Below, in pieces: positions 55,708 to 64,000 of a stretch of 64,000 bases of DNA; the first letter of the stretch is position 1, and every line of letters begins with the position of its first letter. Source of the stretch: an uncultured Methanosarcinaceae archaeon (GTDB lineage: Archaea > Halobacteriota > Methanosarcinia > Methanosarcinales > Methanosarcinaceae); contig CAVSHT010000011.1 in the NCBI GenBank assembly GCA_963727895.1, positions 224,001-288,000 of the forward strand, written 5' to 3'. Below the pieces are notes generated by a model. It ran no database searches. It had not been told where the DNA came from and saw only the letters and a program-made list of their open reading frames with translations. The translations under genes and the position numbers were made by a program.

Positions 55708-56172
55708 ACCTAAGTTCCCCTATCTTGCTTTTAACCCGTAGTTGATTATTTACTCTAATCTCGAATGCAAAAACAATAGCATAGGCTATATATATATATC
55801 AAATATTATATATTTAATGCAATATTCCTGAACTTACTGGGAAAATAAGCACAAAATCAGATTTTATTAATGTTATTCATCCGATTTTCACTATTGAAAA
55901 ATTCCTGATTGTTTAAAAGGCAAGGTTTAAAATAATAAATTTTAAGTGCAGATCTGATATTATGTGATAGACTCTTTAATCGGCAATCGACATCTTAATT
56001 ATTTTTTATTACAAGTTTTCCTTGATTTTTATGCCAAATTTATGTTAAATAGTTATATTTTTGGTATGAAATATGTTAATTTTCTCATCTAGCCGAGACT
56101 CTTTTCTGTGGAAATGAGTTAATTACAAATATAGAAACCCTTATAGGATAAAAATTAGAGACTGATAGAACC

Positions 56173-58152
56173 ATGGACAGGGAAATAAGGATACTCCACA
56201 CTGCAGACACGCATCTGGGATACAGGCAGTACCATAGTGAGGCACGGAGGAACGATTTTTTTGCAGCATTCGAGCTTGTTATAAACGATGCTGTTGAGAT
56301 GCAGGTTGATGCTGTAGTGCATGCAGGAGACCTGTTTGATTCGAGGAACCCGACCCTTGAAGATCTCCTTGAGACTATGAATATCCTTTCCCGGTTGAAG
56401 GCAGCTGACATACCTTTTTTTGGAATTGTCGGGAATCATGAAAGCAAGCAAAATACCCAGTGGCTCGACCTTTTTGAGGAAATGGGACTTGCAGAAAGGC
56501 TTGGAAAAAAACCGCTTATGGTAGGCAATGTAGCCATTTATGGGATTGACAGTGTCCCGAAATCAAAAATTCCTATATTTGATTATTCAGAGTTTGAAGC
56601 GCCGAGTTCAACTCTTTGTACGCCTTCAACATCTTCAACATCTTCAACTTCCTCCACGCTTTCTGTTCCATCTTCCTCGGATGAAAACTACTGGAAACTA
56701 CTTGTAATGCACCAGATAATGAGTCCTTTTCCATATGCGGAATGGGATTGTGATGAAGTTCTTGAAAACCTTCCTTTCAAGATTGATGCAGTTCTTCTTG
56801 GCGATTACCATGAACATTCAATAACTAAAAATAAAACAGGCGAGACCTGGATAACTTACCCTGGCAGTACGGAAAGGAACAGTACTTCTGAAAAAGAAGC
56901 TCGTTCTTACAATATCATCACGCTTTCTGAAAAAGGGCTTGAAATTAGCAAGCGCACGATCCTTACCCGGAATTTCCTTTTCATTCCAGTAGAGTTGAAC
57001 GAGGAAGATAAACCCTACGAGCAGATTTTTTCTAAAATAGACGAACATCTTGAGGAGATCCCTGATTCCGTGGTATCTTTGCAAATTTCAGGGGATCCGG
57101 GGGCAGTTTTATCGCAGAGTGAGCTTGAGGAGTACTTGCTTAATAAAGGATCTCTTGTATCAAACTTTGTAGACCGGAGAGCAAAAGAGTCACTCTCGGA
57201 AGAGATTTTAAAAGTAACTTTTTCTGATCCTGACCATGCCGTCGCAAACGAAATAAAAAATATGAGCTTAAACGACGGCGGGTTGATTATTGATGAAATT
57301 GTCCGAAGCCCGAATATTTCAAGGTCAAGGGTGGACGAAGAGACCGAAAACTTGCTCTCAAAGCTTATTGAGACTAAAAGTAAGGATTTTAAAAACCCTT
57401 ATTTTAAAATAGAGATTCCCGCCAGTCCTTCATCATCTACAAGTTCATCCAGTTCTTCCGCCACTGAGGGATATCTGGAACTTGAATACGTAAAATCTGG
57501 TGATAAGGTAAAGTCTGCTGAAAAAACTACCGGAAAGTTTGAAATTACTGAACTATCTGAAGTTCTGAAAACTTCAGATGGAATTGAAAATAAAGAAAGA
57601 AAGAGTATTGAAACTGGTGCTGAAGCTTCAAAGGGTATTGAGATTTCAGATACGAATCTGAACAATTCTGGATTGGTATCTGGTTTGTTATCTGAATTGA
57701 AATCTGGATCGAACTCTAAACAGCCATCTAATTTAGAGTCTATGGAACGATCTGTTTCGAAACCAGCAGAGTTGTCTGATAGATTGGTAGCTCCCAAAGA
57801 ATCAGAGCCGCATCAGGAAACTTCCAGGACTCTTAACAAAATCCCAAGAATAAAAATCGATATCTGGAAAGATCAAGATAACAATTCTGAAAATAAATTT
57901 AAAAACAAGCTTGAAAATAAGCCTGAACTCGAGCTTTCTGAAAATGAATCCGAAAAAGATATTCGAAAGCTTTCTGAGATGGGAACTACAAATAAAACTG
58001 AAAGAGAGATACAAGACAAAGTTGGGGAGCTGTCTGAAGAAAAAACTGTCAGAACTACTGACTTATCAGAAAAAGTGAGTAGAATAGGGCATAAAAACGG
58101 AAAAGGAAAGCCTGCTATACCTCGACAGTACAATCTTGGTGATTACCTGTGA
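56173..58152 (+). CDS. mre11: Mre11 nuclease with long low-complexity C-terminal tail
   Basis: DTHLG, AGDLFD, GNHE, YPGS; overlaps rad50 start. Confidence 0.92.
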   Translation: MDREIRILHTADTHLGYRQYHSEARRNDFFAAFELVINDAVEMQVDAVVHAGDLFDSRNPTLEDLLETMNILSRLKAADIPFFGIVGNHESKQNTQWLDLFEEMGLAERLGKKPLMVGNVAIYGIDSVPKSKIPIFDYSEFEAPSSTLCTPSTSSTSSTSSTLSVPSSSDENYWKLLVMHQIMSPFPYAEWDCDEVLENLPFKIDAVLLGDYHEHSITKNKTGETWITYPGSTERNSTSEKEARSYNIITLSEKGLEISKRTILTRNFLFIPVELNEEDKPYEQIFSKIDEHLEEIPDSVVSLQISGDPGAVLSQSELEEYLLNKGSLVSNFVDRRAKESLSEEILKVTFSDPDHAVANEIKNMSLNDGGLIIDEIVRSPNISRSRVDEETENLLSKLIETKSKDFKNPYFKIEIPASPSSSTSSSSSSATEGYLELEYVKSGDKVKSAEKTTGKFEITELSEVLKTSDGIENKERKSIETGAEASKGIEISDTNLNNSGLVSGLLSELKSGSNSKQPSNLESMERSVSKPAELSDRLVAPKESEPHQETSRTLNKIPRIKIDIWKDQDNNSENKFKNKLENKPELELSENESEKDIRKLSEMGTTNKTEREIQDKVGELSEEKTVRTTDLSEKVSRIGHKNGKGKPAIPRQYNLGDYL

Positions 58153-61100
58153 AGCTCAAAAATTTGTATATTGAAAACATCCGGAGCTATAAAAAACTGG
58201 ATTTTACGTTTGAGGATGGAGTTACGGTCATTTCCGGGGTCAATGGAAGTGGAAAGTCCAGTTTGCTTGAAGCCTGTTTTATGGGACTTTTTGGGAGTAA
58301 AATACTCTCAAAAGATTTTGTGCTTGCAGATGTAATCTTCAAGGGAGCTGAAAATGCGAAAATAAACCTGGGCTTTGAGCATTTAGGGCAGGATTATCTT
58401 ATCGAACAGGCTTTCAGGTATTCTACTAAAAGTGAAAATGCTTCAAATTCCAAATGCGTACTCTATGCAGATGGGGAAAGTATTGTTGATCAGGCTACAA
58501 AAACTTACGAAGAAGTATGCTCCCTTCTTAATATGGATGAAGAAGCGTACAGAAACTGTGCTTATATAAGGCAAGGCGAAATTGACTTACTTATTAACGC
58601 AAAACCAAAAGATAGGCAACGCATGATTGACGGCCTGTTGCAACTAGGAAAACTCGAAGAGTACAGGGAAAGGGCAGGCAATGCAAAGACAGCTGTCAGA
58701 AGGCTTCAAAGAGATATTACTAATAATTTTTCGAAGGTAAAAGCCGAAATTGAGGGAATTGAAAGTACAGAGCCGCATAAAATACTGAATGGGCTTAAGC
58801 AGAAGATAAAAGAAAGCGATTCAGCCTTGCAAAAACTCAACGAAAATAAAGAAACAGTGACTGCCCAGAAAGAAAAACTCGACTTAATGATTACAGAACA
58901 TAGAGAACGCCTTCAGGAAATCTATAACCTGAAGCAGGCGCTTGTTAAATCTCAGGAAAATAAAGCTGGCTGTATCCGGGAAAAAGAAGTATTTTCAAAA
59001 GAAGCTTACGGGCAAAGACAGGCTCTTCTCGAACTGGGAGAAGAAAATAATTTTATTCGAAAAGAATGTGGTTTTGGAGATCTGGATATTGAGACTCTAA
59101 GTTTGCAGCAGGAAAAAGCAGAGTTTCTTTCTCGGGAAAAGGTAAATGGGATCTCAAAAGAACTTGCTTTACTATTAAGGGAAGAAGAAGTTCATAATCA
59201 GTCTTTACGCGACCTTGAAAAAGAAAAAGCTGAAACTGAACGTGTTTTAGCACAGTGCCGGACGGATATAGGGACTACAAATGGGGAAATCGAAGAAAAC
59301 AAGAAACGTATACTGAAAATTGAAGAAAATAATCAAAAACTTAAAGAAAATGCAGGGGTCGGGGAAACTTCCGAGATTCCTTTATTTATAAAAGATCTGG
59401 AAGAAAAAGAAAACCTTCTGCATGAACGGAAAAATGAAGCTTCAACAAAGCTTGCTCTTGCCTTCAAGGAAAAAGAAACTGGAAATATAAATCTTCTCAC
59501 GCTCGATAAGGAACTTCAAAATTACAAAGTAGCAGTTGGGAAAGGTAAAACAGAAATTGAAATTCTTGAGGAGGAACTCAGAGAAAACGAAAAAGCAGTT
59601 TTGGGAGTACAGGAGCAAAAATCCGAAGCTTCTGCTGGATTAAAAGGGTTAGGATTTACCGGAGAACAGCTAGAGGACCTTGAATCTCTCAGTGAGCTTT
59701 TGCTGGAGAATAAAAACAGGCTTCATGGACATGAAAAAGAGCTTGAAGCTATCCTGAGAGAGCTTGATAAAGTTCTCAGTAAAAACCGGGAACTGCTTGC
59801 CGAAGGAAAATGTCCTACCTGCGGACAGGAGCTTAAAGGCTCTGAGATTGCATGTACAACTGAGGAATCCGAACAGAAAAAAGAAAAACTTACAGCAGAA
59901 CATCTCGATATAAAGCTCCAGCAGGCTGAAATCGAAAAGAAACTCAACCGGCTCAAGGATGCAAAAAAGCTGGAGAAACGGATTTCGGATTACGATCAGG
60001 AGATTGAAAAACTAAAGAATAAAGCAAAGGATTTGCAAGAAAGAATAGCGATCCATAAAACTCGGATAGAGGAAGATTCCCTTAAACTTGAAGGTCTTAG
60101 TAAACAAAAGCAGGAGCTAGAAGCAAAAATGGGTCAGCTACTTCCAGATATTAAAGCCTTGCAAGGCTGGGAAGAGGCAGCTCAAAAAGCTCACAGTGAG
60201 AGTGGAAAAGCGCTTCAAGATGCAAAAGCCTTTGAGAAAAAGCTTGCAGAAAACTACTCGGAAATAGAAAGCCTTAATGGAAAAATAAGGACTTCTCTTG
60301 CTTTAATCGAAAATTACAAACAAAGGCTTGAAGAACTCAATAAGAAGTTAAAAGGGCTTACCTCGCGGGAGAATCTGGAAAAAGAAAAACTCACAGCTCT
60401 GGAAATTGAGCTTGAAACTTTGTGGAAAAAAGAAGATCTGGAAAAAAAGGCTCATGAAGAGAGCAAAAAGCTTCTCTTACAAACAAAAAAACTCGGGGCA
60501 AATCTGATCCAGATGGATAACATAAAGTACAAAATCTCCGAGCTTGAAGCTTCAATCAGAAACCTTACTGAAAAAGTCGGTTTTTTTGACGGAGAGATTC
60601 TTGAAAGAAGTGAGCGTATAAAGCAGATTGAAGGAAAATTGCAGGGTAACAAGTTTGAAGATCTTCAGCTCAAACGTACCCAGCTTGAAGAGTATCAGGC
60701 AAAACTTTCTGAAAAAACTCGACAAGCGATGACTGTAAAAGATGTACTCCTAAAAGAAGTCGGTATGGTTGAAAATAGCTTAAAACGCCGTAATGAATTG
60801 AAAGACGAACTCAAAGCTCTTGAAAACCGACAGATGTACCTTGAAGCAGTATATAATAATGCCGAAGAGCTTGAGAATATGTATATGCGTGTTCGGGCTG
60901 ACATGCGGGCAAGGAATATAGGAGCTCTTTCCACACTTGTGAATGAAATGTTTAGCTTCATGTACACAAATAATGCTTATTCTCACATAGAACTAGATCC
61001 GGAATACAATCTTACGATTTACAGAAAAGATGGCATTCCCCTTGAACCTAAGCTCCTGAGCGGGGGTGAACGTGCGATTTTTAACCTTATCTTACGATGC

Positions 61101-61361
61101 GCTATTTACAGACTTCTTGCTATGGGTTTTGGTGGGGATCGAGCAGATGGCCTTCCACCAATGATCCTTGACGAGCCCACAGTTTTTCTGGATCGTGGGC
61201 ATATAAAGCAGCTTTTGAAACTAATTGATATGATGCGCAATATAGGAGTAGGCCAGATTATTGTGGTTTCTCACGACGAATCCCTTATAGATTCGGCAGA
61301 CCACATTTTCCAGGTAGACAAAGATCCTATTACCAATATGTCGTCCATTGTAAAGCTTTAA
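58149..61361 (+). CDS. rad50: Rad50 ATPase
   Basis: GVNGSGKS, coiled coil with CPTCG zinc hook, LSGGE, ILDEPT, VSH. Confidence 0.95.
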   Translation: MKLKNLYIENIRSYKKLDFTFEDGVTVISGVNGSGKSSLLEACFMGLFGSKILSKDFVLADVIFKGAENAKINLGFEHLGQDYLIEQAFRYSTKSENASNSKCVLYADGESIVDQATKTYEEVCSLLNMDEEAYRNCAYIRQGEIDLLINAKPKDRQRMIDGLLQLGKLEEYRERAGNAKTAVRRLQRDITNNFSKVKAEIEGIESTEPHKILNGLKQKIKESDSALQKLNENKETVTAQKEKLDLMITEHRERLQEIYNLKQALVKSQENKAGCIREKEVFSKEAYGQRQALLELGEENNFIRKECGFGDLDIETLSLQQEKAEFLSREKVNGISKELALLLREEEVHNQSLRDLEKEKAETERVLAQCRTDIGTTNGEIEENKKRILKIEENNQKLKENAGVGETSEIPLFIKDLEEKENLLHERKNEASTKLALAFKEKETGNINLLTLDKELQNYKVAVGKGKTEIEILEEELRENEKAVLGVQEQKSEASAGLKGLGFTGEQLEDLESLSELLLENKNRLHGHEKELEAILRELDKVLSKNRELLAEGKCPTCGQELKGSEIACTTEESEQKKEKLTAEHLDIKLQQAEIEKKLNRLKDAKKLEKRISDYDQEIEKLKNKAKDLQERIAIHKTRIEEDSLKLEGLSKQKQELEAKMGQLLPDIKALQGWEEAAQKAHSESGKALQDAKAFEKKLAENYSEIESLNGKIRTSLALIENYKQRLEELNKKLKGLTSRENLEKEKLTALEIELETLWKKEDLEKKAHEESKKLLLQTKKLGANLIQMDNIKYKISELEASIRNLTEKVGFFDGEILERSERIKQIEGKLQGNKFEDLQLKRTQLEEYQAKLSEKTRQAMTVKDVLLKEVGMVENSLKRRNELKDELKALENRQMYLEAVYNNAEELENMYMRVRADMRARNIGALSTLVNEMFSFMYTNNAYSHIELDPEYNLTIYRKDGIPLEPKLLSGGERAIFNLILRCAIYRLLAMGFGGDRADGLPPMILDEPTVFLDRGHIKQLLKLIDMMRNIGVGQIIVVSHDESLIDSADHIFQVDKDPITNMSSIVKL

Positions 61362-61701
61362 TATTGTTATTTTAAGGCTTTATTGGGCAGTGTGCCGAAA
61401 GTTCTATAAATTCTGATTAACCAGTTTTTCTTTATCTCAAAATACAGGATTTATCATTTTTACTAATCTTGAAGAAAATAGATATTTTATATTTCTTTAT
61501 TGATACAAAGAATATTCCTCCCCAAAAGGGAAAATATTGGGTACGATGGGCATAAGCTTGATAGAATTAAACAAAAAGTATTTCCAAGATTGAGAGCAAA
61601 GAAATATGATATCTTGAAGTTATAATGTTAGCAGCAACTGAGGTAAGATGAAGTTTTGGGATAAACTTTTACACGACATCATCTAACAACTTAACAAATT
61701 C

Positions 61702-62910
61702 TTAATTTGATACTGATACTTTCGTCTCTTTTTCTTTTATGTGTTCGTCACCTGAATTCTCAAAAATATTATTTATTAAATACGTTGTCAGAGCAACAAG
61801 CAACCCAAAGGAACCTGATACCCTAAAAACCGTGCTAAGGTCAAAATGCAACAGGACTATACCAAGCACTATAGGAGAAAGACACGAACCAAAGAACTTC
61901 ATGGAGTTATGAATGGATAGAACTCCACCTTTTGATTCTGAAGGGGCGATATCAATTATCTGTGTATCAATTGCAGTTTGAGCAAGTCCATACCCTGCTC
62001 CGAACAGCAATATTAAAGGAAAAACTGCAACAATCGAATGTGCAAATGAGAGGGATAATAATGCCAGTCCGGCGAGTACAAAAGCAGCAGTAATAATCGT
62101 TGTCTTTGAATACTTGCTGGCCAGACTCTTTACGCGGGATATAGTTAAAATGATAGCCATTCCCTGGAAAGCCAAAATAAGTCCTGCTTCTTTTGCAGTA
62201 TAGCCAAGTACAGTCTCAATCATGATTGGCACGTAGACAAGCACTGCATATAGTAGGAAGAAAATCACAAAGCCCTGGAATATTGTGTATGTTACTCTCA
62301 ACTCTTTGAGTGCTTTAAACCCATTAGTTATGCCCTTGTGATCATCATTGTTCCTCTGAACCCTTGTCTCTGGAAGGAAGGTAAGCACAACAAAAGCGAA
62401 TGGAAGTGAAAGTGCATAGAAAAGGAATGGATAGTTCCATCCAAAACTTGCCAGTGCTCCACCTATAAGAGGAGCAGACACCGAGCCAATGGCAAGAGCT
62501 ATACTAACTCTGCTCATGGCGTGGAAACTTTCATGACCTTTGTACACGTCCGCTATGACCAACATGGTCAAAGGCAGCAAGGCTGCTGCTCCTATGCCCT
62601 GTATGAATCTCAAGATCAGAAGTAATTGTAGATCAGAGGTAAAATAACTTACAAGTCCTGGTAGACCATAAATCACCAGGCAGGGAACAAGTATTTTCTT
62701 ACGGTTTACACGGTCAATGAAATGTCCAATAACCAGTGTGAAAATAGCTGTTGAGAAAGTGAACGCTGAAATTAATAGTCCTATTTCATGGGATGTTGTC
62801 TTCAGAGGTTTCACCATATCTGGCAAGACTGGAGCTAAAAGAGCTCCTCCTGCCATTGCAAAAAATGCAGTAATACAAAGCATTAGAAGATGACTGCTTT
62901 TAAATTGCAT
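61702..62910 (-). CDS. MFS transporter
   Basis: GHFIDRVNRK motif A, RFIQGIG, 12-TM-like profile. Confidence 0.92.
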   Translation of the reverse strand: MQFKSSHLLMLCITAFFAMAGGALLAPVLPDMVKPLKTTSHEIGLLISAFTFSTAIFTLVIGHFIDRVNRKKILVPCLVIYGLPGLVSYFTSDLQLLLILRFIQGIGAAALLPLTMLVIADVYKGHESFHAMSRVSIALAIGSVSAPLIGGALASFGWNYPFLFYALSLPFAFVVLTFLPETRVQRNNDDHKGITNGFKALKELRVTYTIFQGFVIFFLLYAVLVYVPIMIETVLGYTAKEAGLILAFQGMAIILTISRVKSLASKYSKTTIITAAFVLAGLALLSLSFAHSIVAVFPLILLFGAGYGLAQTAIDTQIIDIAPSESKGGVLSIHNSMKFFGSCLSPIVLGIVLLHFDLSTVFRVSGSFGLLVALTTYLINNIFENSGDEHIKEKETKVSVSN

Positions 62911-62927
62911 GATTTAATCTCTTTATT

Positions 62928-63398
62928 TTACATTATTTTGAATACATTCTCAAACATAATTTCAAGTAAATTCGTAATTTCTCTTCTTTGACTGTCATCA
63001 AAGCTGGAGAAGAGAATTTCCTCCCATTCCGAAGCTATTTTTTTCAGTTCAGGTTCAAGTTTTTTCCCTTTCTCGGTAAGAAAAATTCTGTATGATCTTT
63101 TGTCCTTCTCATTTCTCTGTCGGAAAACATAACCATCATCAACAAGTTTTTTTATAGCTCTTGCAGTATTGCCTTTATCAATTTTTAGATAATTAGAAAG
63201 ACTCTCCTGATTGATTCCATCTTTATGATATAATCTCATAAGAAAAGGAAACTGTCCCCTTCCAATACCATATGGCTCAATTTTTTTTCCAATGTAGATT
63301 TGTTCATATCTATAAAGGTATGAGATGGATTTTCCAATGAATTCCTTGCCACACAATTCGTTAGTATATGAGCTTCCACTGGATTCAATTGTATTCAT
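62928..63398 (-). CDS. MarR family transcriptional regulator
   Basis: DKGNTARAIKKLVDDGYV..DKR...LTEKG; likely ATG at 63398. Confidence 0.92.
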   Translation of the reverse strand: MNTIESSGSSYTNELCGKEFIGKSISYLYRYEQIYIGKKIEPYGIGRGQFPFLMRLYHKDGINQESLSNYLKIDKGNTARAIKKLVDDGYVFRQRNEKDKRSYRIFLTEKGKKLEPELKKIASEWEEILFSSFDDSQRREITNLLEIMFENVFKIM

Positions 63399-63430
63399 TT
63401 CTATTATCCACCAGATTGTCCTATTAATAT

Positions 63431-63497
63431 AGTTGTTATTTACAACCAATTTACTTGTAGATAACAACTTTTATTATATATAATTGTTGATACAACT
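63431..63497. promoter_or_regulatory. Three TTGT-N4/5-ACAAC palindromes, candidate MarR operators
   Basis: AGTTGTTATTTACAACC, ACTTGTAGATAACAACT and ATTGTTGATACAACT directly upstream of marR. Confidence 0.55.
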
Positions 63498-63584
63498 AAT
63501 TGGTTACAAAATTTTGATAATGAACCCATTCAGGACTGATTCGGTTGTAAAAATTCAGAATAAAACCAATGAAAAGTTTAATTG

Positions 63585-63615
63585 ATGCATAGGTTTTACA
63601 TCAAAACCTATACAT
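63585..63615. repeat. REP-like palindrome, copy 3
   Basis: ATGCATAGGTTTT-ACATC-AAAACCTATACAT. Confidence 0.7.
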
Positions 63616-64000
63616 ACAACAGAGATATCCTACAATTTTCCGCCAAAACTAGCTCAAAAAAGTCAAAATGAATATGTTTCGTGAAAATCAATGTAAAAAA
63701 TAGACGGACATCTGGTCTATAAGCACATTGGGAAGAGAAAGGTTATGGCATACAGGCCAGAAAATCCCGCATGATACTATTTCTCTGTATTCAGTTAATT
63801 CATGCCGAAAAACTGGTAAGAAGCTATAAAACAGGTCCGAAAACGCAGTAATTTTTTGATAAAACGCTTGGATGTATGTAGACTAACTTTGTATGGAATT
63901 TTATACACTGTTATTTATCATCTATTGTAAAGCTTTAATACAACCGTTGCGCCGGTTGATCACGCCGATAGGATTTGGGGATAAAGCCATCAAACTCAAA

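Noticed and set aside
97..60986. Numerous short antisense or overlapping ORFs in the track
   Set aside because: Shadows of well-supported genes on the other strand or frame, with no recognisable motifs
63630..64000. Possible degraded transposase at the window end
   Set aside because: No open frame or motif that I can identify with confidence

Overview
AT-rich archaeal chromosomal segment. Gene content and IS types point to a Methanosarcina-like methanogen (inference). Housekeeping genes: ahcY, dadD, CDC48, htpX, rlmE, coaBC-pok-pps, hsp20, argC/argJ, two ADP-dependent sugar kinases, an Ogg-type glycosylase and mre11-rad50. These are interspersed with decaying accessory DNA: hicBA, a HEPN-like fragment, and pseudogenes for CPA1, CLC, pfkB, rifampicin phosphotransferase, SIR2-TPR and a TIM-barrel protein. 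Mobile elements are four IS1 copies (one split in two), one IS481-like element, one IS630 remnant and two IS110 copies. Main result: the two inverted 1538-bp IS110 copies (5051-6588 and 40731-42268) have swapped flanks, implying a ~34-kb inversion that separated the two halves of one IS1. Both reconstructed targets share GATTT(T)AGGG. The non-coding left end contains a 134-nt structured region, identical in both copies, with segments matching target and donor. This is a candidate archaeal bridge/seek RNA, apparently able to direct insertion into another IS family. No rRNA, tRNA or CRISPR array was seen.
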